Shown: positions 1 to 10,498, numbered from the stretch's first letter. The stretch: 64,000 nt of DNA from Microcoleus sp. (GCA_052279835.1 CP181291.1:1856001-1920000); one strand, 5' to 3'. A program made the numbers and translations. Notes: a model not told the origin generated them from the letters alone.

Positions 1-297
1 TCTATTCAAGCAATGGATAACAAAGGAATGCTAACCATTGATGTTACGCAAGAAAGAGGATTTGCCAAAATCAGTATTACCGATAGTGGAAAAGGAATTC
101 CCGAAGAAATTAAAGACCGAATTTTTGAACCTTTCTTTACCACTAAACCTCCGGGCGAAGGAAGTGGATTAGGATTAGATATTGTCCGCAAAATTGTGAA
201 AAAACATGAAGGTGAAATAGAAGTAAATTCTGTACCGGGAAAAACAACATTTACGGTTTATTTAAGTATGAATCTCCAACCAGATAGTTGCTCCTAG
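1..297 (+). CDS. Sensor histidine kinase, C-terminal HATPase_c fragment (5' end outside window)
   Basis: G1 box DSGKGI, F box [10 protein letters not shown]2 box GSGLGL. Confidence 0.9.
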   Translation, partial: SIQAMDNKGMLTIDVTQERGFAKISITDSGKGIPEEIKDRIFEPFFTTKPPGEGSGLGLDIVRKIVKKHEGEIEVNSVPGKTTFTVYLSMNLQPDSCS

Positions 298-346
298 GGG
301 CAATCACCCATTCCCAATTACCAATTACCCTTACCAATTAATTACC

Positions 347-742
347 ATGTCTAAACCTGTGATTTTGTGTGTTGATGATGAAGCCGTGATTTTAGAAAGC
401 TTGAAGGCTCAATTGAGAAAAGCATTAGGCAGTTCCTATGTTTATGAAGTAGCCCAAGATGCTGAAGAAGCATTAGATATTATTGATGAATTAAATGAAG
501 ATGATGTGAGCATTTTATTGATTGTCTCCGATTGGCTGATGCCAGGAATGAAAGGCGACGAATTTATGGTTCGCGTGCATCAAAAATTTCCTAATATTGT
601 CAAAATTTTATTGACAGGGCAGGCAGACCAAGAAGCGATCGATCGAGCTTATGCAGCAGCTAATTTACATAAATGTTTGTTTAAACCCTGGTCGGAAAAA
701 GAGTTGATCGAGACGGTCAAGTCTGGATTAGAAAAATTATGA
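347..742 (+). CDS. Single-domain response regulator
   Basis: Receiver motifs ILCVDD, SDWLMPGMKGDE, LLTG, FKPW; stop overlaps next start (ATGA). Confidence 0.9.
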   Translation: MSKPVILCVDDEAVILESLKAQLRKALGSSYVYEVAQDAEEALDIIDELNEDDVSILLIVSDWLMPGMKGDEFMVRVHQKFPNIVKILLTGQADQEAIDRAYAAANLHKCLFKPWSEKELIETVKSGLEKL

Positions 743-2082
743 CAAAATTTTCTAAAAAACCTGTGATTGTTTGTGTAGATGATGAAGTTACTATTTTAAC
801 GAGTTTGAAATCGGAACTGAGAAAAGCTTTCGGAGAGGAGTATAGAATCGAAATAGCTGAAGGGGGTGAGGATGCCTTAGAGTTACTTGCAGAATTAATT
901 GAAGAGGGTGATGAAATTCCCTTGATTATTTCCGATTACATTATGCCGGATATGAAGGGAGACGAACTATTGCGTCGCGTTCACGAAATTTCTCCAAAAA
1001 CTCTGAAAGTAATGCTGACTGGGCAAGCTACTATTGAAGCGGTTGCTAATGCGGTCAAATACGCTAAACTTTATCGTTACATCGGTAAACCTTGGCAGGA
1101 TGAAGATTTAAGACTAACGGTAACAGAAGCAATCCACAGTTATAGTCAAGATAAACAACTGGCACAAAAAAATTATCAACTTATAGAAATGAATCAAGAG
1201 TTAGAAACCCTGACTCGCAGGCAAGCTAAACTAATTGCAGAACTTCAAGAAAAAGAAAGTTATTTACAAGCACTTAATGAATCTTTTTTACGTTTTGTTC
1301 CTCGTCAGTTTCTTCAGTTATTAAAAAAAAATAGCTTTCTTGATATTCAATTAGGCGAACAAATTCAGCAAGAAATTTCGGTGTTATTTTCAGATATTCG
1401 AGATTTTACCAGTTTATCAGAAAGGATGACACCGGATGATAATTTTAAATTTATTAATGGTTATCTGTCGCGGATGGAACCCGCGATTATCGAAAATCAT
1501 GGGTTTATTGATAAATATATTGGTGATGCGATCATGGCTTTATTTAATGGAGATGCGGATCGGGCGGTTACAGGTGGAATTGCTATGCTACAAAGGCTAG
1601 CGGACTATAATACCACGCGCACGAGACCCGAACGTCCGCCGATTAAAATTGGCATTGGCATTAATACGGGGATATTAATACTGGGAACTGTGGGTGGTAC
1701 ATCTCGGATGGATGGAACTGTCATCGGTGATGCGGTGAATTTAGCATCTCGTTTGGAGGGATTAACTAAACAGTACGGTGTGCCTTTGCTGATTAGCGAT
1801 CGCACATTTCGAGCCTTAAAAAATCCTGAAAATTATGACATTCGTTTGATCGATCGCGTTCGAGTCAAGGGGAAATCGGAACAGGTAGGCGTGTATGAAG
1901 TTTTCAATGCCGATCCCCCCGAATTGCGAGAAGGGAAGTTAGCCATGCAAAGCAATTTTGAACTGGCGATCGTTTCTTATCATGCCTCTGATAAAGAGGT
2001 GGCAATTCAACTGTTAGAGCAATGTTTGCAAGCCAATCCTGGGGATACAGTGGCTAGAATGTATTGGCAACGCTGTCAGTAA
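739..2082 (+). CDS. Receiver domain-class III adenylate cyclase
   Basis: N-terminal REC, coiled coil, LFSDIRDFT, IDKYIGDAIM (Lys implies ATP specificity), GIGINTG, VIGDAVNLASRL. Confidence 0.9.
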   Translation: MTKFSKKPVIVCVDDEVTILTSLKSELRKAFGEEYRIEIAEGGEDALELLAELIEEGDEIPLIISDYIMPDMKGDELLRRVHEISPKTLKVMLTGQATIEAVANAVKYAKLYRYIGKPWQDEDLRLTVTEAIHSYSQDKQLAQKNYQLIEMNQELETLTRRQAKLIAELQEKESYLQALNESFLRFVPRQFLQLLKKNSFLDIQLGEQIQQEISVLFSDIRDFTSLSERMTPDDNFKFINGYLSRMEPAIIENHGFIDKYIGDAIMALFNGDADRAVTGGIAMLQRLADYNTTRTRPERPPIKIGIGINTGILILGTVGGTSRMDGTVIGDAVNLASRLEGLTKQYGVPLLISDRTFRALKNPENYDIRLIDRVRVKGKSEQVGVYEVFNADPPELREGKLAMQSNFELAIVSYHASDKEVAIQLLEQCLQANPGDTVARMYWQRCQ

Positions 2083-2160
2083 ATTGACGATGATATGTAC
2101 AATACCCGACTTTTTGAAAAAAATCGGGTATCCATTGGCGATTGCCCACTAATCTCGAAC

Positions 2161-3042
2161 CTAACGCCTTCTACGGCTTCCGAAAGCAGGACTCCGACTG
2201 GGTGTACGAGAGTTTCCACCGCTACCAAAACTTGGAGTGCGCCTTTGCTGCGGGGAAGTTGGTTTTGTCGATCGTCTCAAAGTGCTGCCACCATAACCCG
2301 AACCGGTCGATCGATTGGCATTGGGCGGTACTGGGCGACGAGTTGCTGGGGCGTTGGATGTGGGCGATCGCAAGCGGCCAGTAGTCCTTAAAGCTTGACG
2401 GTTTCTGACAGCGGCTGGGGGGGCTTGATAGCGAGTTTGATATTGGTTAACCGCCTCGCGGTAAGTGTTACCGTACCCGCCATATCCTGTGAGAATTACT
2501 CCCGGCTGATAGACTGGTGGCACATAATATCGGGGTGTGAATAACAAACTGCCGATCGCCTGACCGGCCAAGGCCCCAGCAAACGGAGCCCAGAAACCCG
2601 ATTGCTGTCTCACTACCACTGTTTGTGGCTGACCTGTTTGAGGATTACTGACTGTTTCGGTCACGTTATGAACGTACTCTATTTTAAAATCTTCAGTCAA
2701 GTGCAAACTGGCTTTATCTTTTTCTAAATTCAGATAACTTTTTTTACCCTGGGATATTTCCTCATCTGTTAACCTAGCCATTTGCAAATCTCTCGATCTA
2801 TAAACAGAGGAAGTACCAGGGGGAGTATTGAGTAACATCAAACTATATTCCCCCTCACTATCGTCGTAGGTAGCTTGCTGTAAGGGATATTGGCTTGGAC
2901 TTAAATTATTATTGCTAGGGGGGGCAGAACGGACAGTATTAACATTCTGATTTGCCTCCGGCGTGGGAGTGGGAGAACCACAGCCTATAGTCGTGACGCA
3001 CAATGTTAAAGCCATGAAATAAACTATCAATTTTCGCAACAT
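2161..3042 (-). CDS. Conserved-type hypothetical lipoprotein with Arg/Ser/Gly-rich tail
   Basis: Signal peptide ending in lipobox TIGC; internal GFWAPFAGALAG segment; low-complexity C-terminus. Confidence 0.7.
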   Translation of the reverse strand: MLRKLIVYFMALTLCVTTIGCGSPTPTPEANQNVNTVRSAPPSNNNLSPSQYPLQQATYDDSEGEYSLMLLNTPPGTSSVYRSRDLQMARLTDEEISQGKKSYLNLEKDKASLHLTEDFKIEYVHNVTETVSNPQTGQPQTVVVRQQSGFWAPFAGALAGQAIGSLLFTPRYYVPPVYQPGVILTGYGGYGNTYREAVNQYQTRYQAPPAAVRNRQALRTTGRLRSPTSNAPATRRPVPPNANRSTGSGYGGSTLRRSTKPTSPQQRRTPSFGSGGNSRTPSRSPAFGSRRRR

Positions 3043-3054
3043 AAATACTAATTG

Positions 3055-3190
3055 GTTATTTGTTATTTGTTATTTGTTAGTTGTTGTTTGTTATTTGTTA
3101 TTTTAGGCACAGTCTAACTACTAACTAATGACTACTAACTACTAACTAATGACTACTAACTACTAACTAATGACTACTAACTAATGACTT
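3055..3190. repeat. STRR heptamer arrays (TTATTTG-like followed by ACTAACT/ACTAATG)
   Basis: Visible 7-nt tandem repeats in the intergenic region. Confidence 0.9.
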
Positions 3191-3192
3191 CC

Positions 3193-3798
3193 CTAGAGAG
3201 GAATGAGTTCGGAAAAATTCACCAACAATTGGTCGTTAGTAAGTTCGTCTCCCAACTGTGCGGGCGAAAAGTGAATTTGGATAGCTCTGAGCCTTTGCTG
3301 ATAGTGTAAATTTATCAGTGCTTTTAAACCCTGTTTTAGGGCGCTGATGTCTGCTAGGTCTGTTTCCAGTTGGGGAACTTCGCCTTCATAGGCTACTGTC
3401 AGCATCACCACGACATTTCTAGTCACGGGCAAAGATAAGGGAGAATTGCGATCGTCCACAGAGTTGCTGTATTGAGGTTCGCTCAGATAGCGTTCTGCTG
3501 AATCTGTAAACAGTTCATCTACATAATCGCCTGCTTCCCCTTCATCCCAAAAAACATCACCTTCGTTGGCCGCTGATTGCCAGTAGTTATCGTACTGCAA
3601 TAGGTGATTGCAAACTTGTACCAAGCCTTCTCCGAGGACTGTTAAATCCCCATCGGCGTCTATGGCATCTCTGGCAGTGCTGTTGAGAACTCCCAACAAT
3701 GGTGCAACTTCTTCACCACTGAGGTGAATGAATACGCGACAAACTGCAAATCGCGTTTTACCTGTGAATTGATTGAATCGATCGCCCCAAGCATTCAT
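3193..3798 (-). CDS. DUF1517-like protein
   Basis: 201-aa ORF with EGLVQVCNHLL, FTDSAERY and VVVMLTVA segments reminiscent of DUF1517. Confidence 0.65.
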   Translation of the reverse strand: MNAWGDRFNQFTGKTRFAVCRVFIHLSGEEVAPLLGVLNSTARDAIDADGDLTVLGEGLVQVCNHLLQYDNYWQSAANEGDVFWDEGEAGDYVDELFTDSAERYLSEPQYSNSVDDRNSPLSLPVTRNVVVMLTVAYEGEVPQLETDLADISALKQGLKALINLHYQQRLRAIQIHFSPAQLGDELTNDQLLVNFSELIPL

Positions 3799-3945
3799 AA
3801 CATATGATTTTAATCTATAGTTATATATTTTACAATTTAAAATGAAAAATTTTTGTCTATCTTGTGAGGGATTTTTAGTAGTACGTAAGTAGCTGAAGTA
3901 AATCGGAACTCCGATTTACTCCAAATTGGTGCTACGGGAAGATTA

Positions 3946-4458
3946 CTATGGGACGATCGCACTTGGGGCAGATGCGATCGGGCGAGACGATCCCAAATCC
4001 AGTTCCCCACCTGGTGCTTCCGGGTGTTCCCGAACCACTACCAGGGGTGATGCACTTTCAGTTGCAGCCATCGGGGACTCGCATTCAGCATCCGTGGGAA
4101 CTTCCAGGTATGCTTCCATCGATTCATCGGCGATCGACTCTTGAAAAACTTCAAAATTATCACTCATGGCAGCGCAAGCAGCCTGAGCCCGCTTGCCTAC
4201 GCGGTAACTCATGTAAGCAGCACCACCGCCCAAAACCCCAGCTAAGCCGAGAAAACCCAAAGCTAATGTTTTGTAAGATTTACAGGGATTCATTTGAGCC
4301 TCGCCACCGGAACCAACTAGGGTTGTTCCAGAACCCGATTGAGTAGCATTGGATTTGCTGTAGGGACAAGGAAAAGCCAATGCTGCGTCGCCTAGTGCAA
4401 TACTGCTCGCGATCGCAACGGTGGAAGCAATGCCAGCTAACACTTGAAACTTTTTCAT
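3946..4458 (-). CDS. Hypothetical membrane protein
   Basis: Signal peptide, FPCPYSK, one TM helix, acidic tail. Confidence 0.6.
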   Translation of the reverse strand: MKKFQVLAGIASTVAIASSIALGDAALAFPCPYSKSNATQSGSGTTLVGSGGEAQMNPCKSYKTLALGFLGLAGVLGGGAAYMSYRVGKRAQAACAAMSDNFEVFQESIADESMEAYLEVPTDAECESPMAATESASPLVVVREHPEAPGGELDLGSSRPIASAPSAIVP

Positions 4459-4860
4459 GGTGCTCTGGATTTTGTAAAGGATAATTAAAAAAATAATGGT
4501 AACAGCTCTTTACAAATCTATCAACTCTCAGAGCAGCCACAATCGCGCCTCGATCGCAAATATCCACAATCAACAGCGATCGCAATTGGCAATTGCGTGT
4601 CGAAAGAAACAAGCAAAAACCTTGTAGGACAAGCATTTGAGCCAACACAGAGGGGTGGGTTTGCGGAGGTGTCGCCCAGAGTGCGATCGCGCCCCAATTC
4701 AAAAATCTGATATCAAAGAGTAGAAAATTTAATTACACAGTGACAAATACTTGGTGACAAACTACTTTTAAGGTTATTTTTGAAAAGACTTAGTTATTGC
4801 AAGCAATGTCAGTAACTCAGGTCTAAAGACGCTGAGTTTCCCACTTACCGGACTTTTTTT

Positions 4861-5967
4861 ATGACAGACAGCAAGGATCAAGGCCAAGCACGATCGCCTC
4901 GCCGATTGTTGGTAACAGGTGGGGCTGGATTTATCGGCTCCAATTTTGTACATCACTGGTGCAGTAGTTATCCAGGCGATCGAGTAGTGGTACTCGATGC
5001 TCTCACCTATGCAGGAAACCGAAAAACCCTAGCCAGTTTGGAAGGGGGAGAAAATTTTCGGTTTGTACAAGGGGATATTTGCGATCGGGCCCTGATCGAT
5101 ACCTTACTTCAAACCGAAAACATCAACACAGTCGCCCATTTTGCAGCAGAATCCCACGTCGATCGATCGATTATCGGACCCGCAGCCTTTGTCCAAACAA
5201 ACGTTGTCGGAACCTTCACCCTTCTCGAAGCCTTCCGCAAGCATTTTGAAGCAATAGACGACTTGTCCCTCAAAGCACAAATGCGCTTTCTCCATGTTTC
5301 CACGGACGAAGTTTATGGCAGTCTTGGCCCCGACGACCCAGCATTTACTGAAACAACCGCCTACGAGCCAAATAGTCCCTACTCAGCCTCAAAAGCCGGT
5401 AGCGACCACCTCGCCCGCGCCTATTTCCATACCTACGGCGTCCCCACAATTATCACCAATTGCTCTAACAATTACGGTCCCTATCACTTCCCCGAAAAGC
5501 TAATTCCATTAATGTGCATCAATATGCTTTTGGGCAAACCATTGCCAGTTTATGGCGACGGTCAAAACGTCCGAGATTGGCTATATGTACTCGACCACTG
5601 CCGAGCTTTAGATGCCGTAATCCACAACGGTAAGCCGGGAGAAACTTATAATGTAGGCGGCAACAACGAAGTAAAAAATCTCGATTTAGTCAAGATGCTA
5701 TGCCAACTAATGGACGAGTTGGCAGAAGATTTACCCGCCCGTCCCTGCGAACAATTAATCACCTTTGTCAAAGACAGAGCCGGACACGATCGACGTTATG
5801 CTATTGATGCAACCAAAATTAAAAATGACCTAAATTGGACTCCTTCAGTCACAGTAGAGGAAGGTTTGCGGCGTACTGTGGAATGGTATTTAGCCAATCG
5901 TGATTGGTGGGAGCCACTGCTGTCGGAAGAATATCAGAGTTACTACCGCAAAGTCTACACTAATTAG
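4861..5967 (+). CDS. rfbB: dTDP-glucose 4,6-dehydratase
   Basis: GGAGFIG, HFAAESHVDRS, STDEVYG, YSASK, GHDRRYAID. Confidence 0.97.
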   Translation: MTDSKDQGQARSPRRLLVTGGAGFIGSNFVHHWCSSYPGDRVVVLDALTYAGNRKTLASLEGGENFRFVQGDICDRALIDTLLQTENINTVAHFAAESHVDRSIIGPAAFVQTNVVGTFTLLEAFRKHFEAIDDLSLKAQMRFLHVSTDEVYGSLGPDDPAFTETTAYEPNSPYSASKAGSDHLARAYFHTYGVPTIITNCSNNYGPYHFPEKLIPLMCINMLLGKPLPVYGDGQNVRDWLYVLDHCRALDAVIHNGKPGETYNVGGNNEVKNLDLVKMLCQLMDELAEDLPARPCEQLITFVKDRAGHDRRYAIDATKIKNDLNWTPSVTVEEGLRRTVEWYLANRDWWEPLLSEEYQSYYRKVYTN

Positions 5968-6125
5968 TCAGTAGTCAGTAGTCAGTAGTCAGTAGTCAGT
6001 AGTCAGTAGTCAGTAGTCAGTAGTCAGTAGTCAGTAGTCAGTAGTCAGTAGTCAGTAGTCAGTAGTCAGTAGTCAGTAGTCAGTAGTTATTGGTTATTAG
6101 TTATTGGTTATTAGTTATTAGTTGG
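5965..6125. repeat. STRR array: 17 x TAGTCAG, then TTATTGG/TTATTAG
   Basis: Perfect TAGTCAG copies 5965-6083, the first supplying the rfbB stop codon. Confidence 0.95.
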
Positions 6126-6192
6126 CTGTTATTTGTTATTGTTATTAATTAGTGGTTGGTAATCATTAGTTAGTAGCTCCAATAACCAATAA

Positions 6193-6325
6193 CCCTTCGA
6201 CTACGCGGTTCCTGAGCGGAGTCGAAGGGCAGGGCATCGCAAATAACTAATAACCCATAACCAATAACCCTTCGACTACGCGGTTCCTGAGCGGAGTCGA
6301 AGGGCAGGGCACCGCAAATAACCAA
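6193..6325. repeat. Two tandem copies (75-bp period) of a REP-like palindrome CCCTTCGACT...AGTCGAAGGG
   Basis: Copies start at 6193 and 6268, separated by CCAATAA-type heptamers. Confidence 0.85.
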
Positions 6326-6366
6326 TAACCAATAATGAAAGCTTCCACTACAAAGAGAAAGCAACA

Positions 6367-7215
6367 ATGACCGAAATCAAATGGATCGATCGCCTCCTGG
6401 AACCTAAATACTGGCTGTTAGGCATAGCCTCCGGTTTGATTGTCATACACCTGACTCTCACTGCTAGAACAGACAGTACAGACCTATTCGGCACAATGTT
6501 ACTCTTCTGGGGAGTCGTAGCATTTCTCATCTGGGAAAGACACGAAACCTTAACTTTAGAAAGCGGAATTTTTAGCAGTTGCTTTGCAGCATCATTAATT
6601 GCTTTCATATTGCTCAAAAGTTCGTCCATATATGGCTACGACTTTTTTATCAGGATCACACCTTTCTTATCGGGCATCAGTCTGGCTTTGCTAGCTTCTG
6701 GAACCAAAGGACTGAAACAATATTGGCAAGAACTTCTGATTCTCGCCTATACAGGTATTCCTCCCGGTCTCATCGGAGTATTTATTAATGTTGCCCTATT
6801 AACCGCTAAATTTTCCGCTTTCCTCCTCCACTATTTAGGATTTGAAGTTGTTCGTCAAGGAGTATTTCTTATTCTAGAAAAAGGCAGCGTGGAGGTGTAT
6901 CATGGCTGTTCGGGAGTGAATGCAATCCTACAATTATTAGGACTAGCAATCGTGTTTTTACTAATGTTTCCTACAACCAACACACAAAAAATTGTAGTCC
7001 CCATCATTGCAGTCCTTATTGGATTTGTAGTCAATGCAGCCAGAGTTGCTCTCATGGCTGTACTGGTATCACTATCTCAACCGGAAGCCTTTAAATACTG
7101 GCATGAAGGAAATGGGTCAGTAATTTTTTCAATGATTGCAGTCTTCCTTTTCGGGTTATTCTGTTGGTTGGCAATCTTGCAAGACACGCCCCATCAAAAA
7201 ACAACTAATCACTAA
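6367..7215 (+). CDS. crtA: Cyanoexosortase A (PEP-CTERM sorting enzyme)
   Basis: Multi-TM; catalytic motifs VYHGCSG, NAARV, YWHEG. Confidence 0.9.
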   Translation: MTEIKWIDRLLEPKYWLLGIASGLIVIHLTLTARTDSTDLFGTMLLFWGVVAFLIWERHETLTLESGIFSSCFAASLIAFILLKSSSIYGYDFFIRITPFLSGISLALLASGTKGLKQYWQELLILAYTGIPPGLIGVFINVALLTAKFSAFLLHYLGFEVVRQGVFLILEKGSVEVYHGCSGVNAILQLLGLAIVFLLMFPTTNTQKIVVPIIAVLIGFVVNAARVALMAVLVSLSQPEAFKYWHEGNGSVIFSMIAVFLFGLFCWLAILQDTPHQKTTNH

Positions 7216-7883
7216 TGGCTATTACCTATTGGAAAACCGCGAGAATTTCAATTTTAGCGGTTACTTTTACAGGGGTTTTATTAGTTATAGGAAGATTGAC
7301 ACTATCTCCATCGACCGGTAATTTTTCCCTGACCCCCTTTGATTTTCCAGAGTCCGTACCTCTAACTGATTGGCAAATGCAGGAGAGTACACCTCTGAAA
7401 ATTAGCGATACTTCTCAAATCAAAGTTGGGCGAAAGTATGAATATCAAAAAAATACCACTACTCTAGAAATAGAGATGCGTTATGTGGTTGGAACCAGCG
7501 GAGATGTTGAAAATATGATGAAGGGACATACTATTCTCAAGTCGTCTCCTGGTAAACTAGCATTGGCAGAAACTCAAGGTGTGGGTTTTTACGGAATTTT
7601 GCCACAGCAAAATCGACTATACCTGAGTTCCTGCATAAATCCCCGCGGCCATGCTACAGTGACAGCCGAACAGTTTAGATACAACCGAAATACTCGTGAC
7701 TGGAATTTCAACCGCATTTTGTTTTGGCTATTGGGTAAGGGAAATATTCAAGATCAGCGCTGTTTGTGGACCCAAATGTCTATACCTTTGGACCAAACAA
7801 ATCGTGAAGATGCCAAGAAAATTCTAGAGAATGCTTGGGTTTCTTGGTATGGGTGGTGGCAGCCCAGATTTCCCGAACCTTAA
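7215..7883 (+). CDS. Cyanoexosortase A system-associated protein
   Basis: Coupled to exosortase; YLSSCINPRG, RCLWT, W-rich C-terminus. Confidence 0.85.
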   Translation: MAITYWKTARISILAVTFTGVLLVIGRLTLSPSTGNFSLTPFDFPESVPLTDWQMQESTPLKISDTSQIKVGRKYEYQKNTTTLEIEMRYVVGTSGDVENMMKGHTILKSSPGKLALAETQGVGFYGILPQQNRLYLSSCINPRGHATVTAEQFRYNRNTRDWNFNRILFWLLGKGNIQDQRCLWTQMSIPLDQTNREDAKKILENAWVSWYGWWQPRFPEP

Positions 7884-7927
7884 GTCAAGTCAAGAGAGAT
7901 TGTTCTTAACAACAGGCGTATTATTTT

Positions 7928-8605
7928 ATGAATGACATACAAGGCGAGCAAGGTTTTTCTATATACAGGCTGCGTTGGATTGGCTACGGTCTATTAATTT
8001 TGTCATTATTAGATACGATAGCTGTTCTGATACCAGCCAATTTTGGCAATCGTGTGTGGGAATTGCAGACGATTGGGGCTGTGGTAGAACGAGTACCAGT
8101 TCCTCTGTTGGCCATGACGCTCATATTTTTTGGAGAAGGTTACGAGCGCAGAAGCTTGGAAGACATCTTTTTGAAGTTTTTGTCTTGGATTTGTCTGTTA
8201 CTGGCCCTGGTATTTCTGTTAATGCTACCCTTGGGGATTTTTGGCACTATTTATGTCAACAATCAAAACAATAAACAGATTACCAATCAAGCAAACCAAC
8301 AATTAGCTCAGTTGCAGCAAGTGGAAGAAAGGCTGAATAAGGGTAGTCCCGAAGACTTAAAGAATTTGGGCACTGAACTAAATCGCCTGGGAGTAGCAGC
8401 GGATACGCAAAACCCGCAGGAATTGAAAACTCAAATTCTTTCGAGAATTACTCCGGCGAAGGAACGTTTGCAGGCCCAAAGCGCAGTGGTGCAGTCAAAT
8501 CAGCGCTTGGGGCTATTCAAAAATGCGATTAAGTGGCTGTTGGGGGCGCTGATTTCTAGCGTTTTGTTTTTTATGCTGTGGCGCGGTACTGATTGGGCTC
8601 GATAG
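7928..8605 (+). CDS. hpsJ: HpsJ-family membrane protein
   Basis: WELQTIGAVVERVPVPLL; four TM helices plus Q-rich coiled coil; exosortase context. Confidence 0.75.
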   Translation: MNDIQGEQGFSIYRLRWIGYGLLILSLLDTIAVLIPANFGNRVWELQTIGAVVERVPVPLLAMTLIFFGEGYERRSLEDIFLKFLSWICLLLALVFLLMLPLGIFGTIYVNNQNNKQITNQANQQLAQLQQVEERLNKGSPEDLKNLGTELNRLGVAADTQNPQELKTQILSRITPAKERLQAQSAVVQSNQRLGLFKNAIKWLLGALISSVLFFMLWRGTDWAR

Positions 8606-8685
8606 TAGTGTTGAGTGAATTGATATCCTGATGTCAAATCCGGGTATGATATTAAATCCTCTCTTCATCCGAACTATTCAGAGTT

Positions 8686-8734
8686 CTATTCTCGGACTCT
8701 GTGTCCTCTGTGTTCTCTGTGGTTAAATCATTCC
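8686..8734 (+). repeat. Dispersed CTCTGTG-rich repeat, copy 1
   Basis: CTCTGTGTCCTCTGTGTTCTCTGTGGTTAAATCATTCC, near-identical to 28482-28532. Confidence 0.75.
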
Positions 8735-8839
8735 GCTTCAACGGTCAACGATAGGATACCCCGTGAATGCCTTGGTAAAAGTAAGGTGCATCGCGATCGA
8801 CTATTCTGGCTATAGGCCAGGATTCTGTAGCGACGCGCC

Positions 8840-9496
8840 TTACTTGTTTGCTATTAAATGTTGATTCAGGGTATTTTCTAATTTCTCGGCAATGCCTTCC
8901 ACCCAATTTTCATCTTGTTTTGTATAGCTGCGAGGCGCGTTAGCACCTAAAATTAAAACGCCTTGATTGCCGATGGGCTGACAAATCACTCCTTGGGTAT
9001 TTTCAGGTAAATAGTCAAATTCGATTTTGCCGGGATAAATATTCAAATTTACTAAATAAACTGGTTTGTTTTTCTCGAATACTCGCTGCAAGATAGGGCC
9101 TGGTTGAACTTCGGGATTGACTCCTAAAATGCCACGTCGCAATACAACTTTTCCTTGATATAAAATCACGATCGCCCTTGTGGCCGTATTTGTCAATAGC
9201 AAACGGGAGGCCCAAGCCAATTCTATTTTCACCACATCCGGCAAATCCGGCGCAAATTCAAAACCTTCTTCGCCAATGAGTTGGACTGAATCGGGCGATC
9301 GCGCCTGCACCTGCTGCCATAGCAAACCTGTTAAAATCAGTACAGCACTGATAATCACCCCCAGAGCATCGGAGCGAGCTTGAGAATCAGTGAGTTGCTC
9401 AGTCAGCAAGCGATTGACCATCAGCAGAGTACCGGCTAATCCTCCAGCCACTAAGGGTAACTGCCGCAAAACTCGATTTGGATCGGATTTAGTCAT
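8840..9496 (-). CDS. Cofactor assembly of complex C subunit (CCB2/CCB4 family)
   Basis: SQARSDALGV, LYLVNLNIYPGKIEF, VICQPIG, PRSYTKQDENW. Confidence 0.8.
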   Translation of the reverse strand: MTKSDPNRVLRQLPLVAGGLAGTLLMVNRLLTEQLTDSQARSDALGVIISAVLILTGLLWQQVQARSPDSVQLIGEEGFEFAPDLPDVVKIELAWASRLLLTNTATRAIVILYQGKVVLRRGILGVNPEVQPGPILQRVFEKNKPVYLVNLNIYPGKIEFDYLPENTQGVICQPIGNQGVLILGANAPRSYTKQDENWVEGIAEKLENTLNQHLIANK

Positions 9497-9601
9497 TTAT
9501 CACAGAAGGAACAACGAAAAAGGTCAATACAAACTTTTGACGGTTGGCTGTTGGCGGTCAACAATTGCCACTGACAACCATCAACCGTCAACCCACTGAC
9601 T

Positions 9602-10333
9602 TTAGCCAACTTCCCCAGGTTCGACAATGCGCTGGAACAGATAGCCGGTGCCACGGGCGGTGAGAATTAATTCAGGATTGCTGGGGTCATCCTCTAACTT
9701 GGCTCTCAAGCGCGAGATGTGAACGTCCACTACACGGGTGTCTACGTGGCGCTCAGGCGTATATCCCCAAACTTCCTGCAAAATTTCCGATCGCGAAAAA
9801 GGCTCTCCAGAACGGCTAACCAACAGCTCTAACAAGCTGAATTCCATGCCCGTAAGCCGAATCCGTTCGTCACCTTTATAAACTTGGCGTTTGTTGGTGT
9901 CAATCCGAATATTCGTTACCTGGATGACTCCCGAACTCGGAATTCCCGAAGCGCCGTTTTTGTCAACTCTGCGCAGTACCGAACGGATGCGAGCTTCTAG
10001 TTCCTTGGGAGAAAAAGGTTTGACGACGTAATCGTCGGCGCCTAATTCTAAACCAGTGATGCGATCGGCTACATCTCCCAAAGCAGTTAGCATGATAATA
10101 GGCACATCAGATTCCTTCCGCAACTCCTGACAAACCCCATAGCCATCCAGCTTTGGCATCATCACGTCCAAAACCACTAAATCTGGTTCGGTGTTGCGAA
10201 ATATATCGAGAGCTTCTTCACCGTCGGCTGCGGTGACAACATCATAGCCAATCATGGAAAGGCGAGTTTCCAGAATCCGCCGGATGCTGGCTTCGTCATC
10301 GACCACCAGAATTTTTTCTTTATGGTTTTCCAA
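9602..10333 (-). CDS. rpaB: OmpR-family response regulator RpaB; probable TTG start at 10333
   Basis: ENHKEKILVVDDEASIRRILETRLSMIGY and DDPSNPELILTARGTGY. Confidence 0.95.
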   Translation of the reverse strand: MENHKEKILVVDDEASIRRILETRLSMIGYDVVTAADGEEALDIFRNTEPDLVVLDVMMPKLDGYGVCQELRKESDVPIIMLTALGDVADRITGLELGADDYVVKPFSPKELEARIRSVLRRVDKNGASGIPSSGVIQVTNIRIDTNKRQVYKGDERIRLTGMEFSLLELLVSRSGEPFSRSEILQEVWGYTPERHVDTRVVDVHISRLRAKLEDDPSNPELILTARGTGYLFQRIVEPGEVG

Positions 10334-10498
10334 GTTACTCAACACTCCTTAAGTTAAATTCGAGATAATGTTTATTTTTTGTACTCTATTATTAAGACAC
10401 AAACTGATCCGCCTGTGGCGATCGCTCTGAAAGCTTTATGATTGCTTTAGTTCAGACTTGGAAAGAATGTGTTCGGCAATTATTTATCATAGTAAACA

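Noticed and set aside
2095..2391. Plus-strand ORFs
   Set aside because: Antisense to the low-complexity lipoprotein tail
3897..3920. 11-bp palindrome as an operator
   Set aside because: Cannot be distinguished from a terminator or small repeat
6193..6325. Possible mini-CRISPR of two palindromes
   Set aside because: The intervening sequence is itself duplicated and STRR-derived
6170..6367. 65-aa ORF
   Set aside because: Translation of repeats
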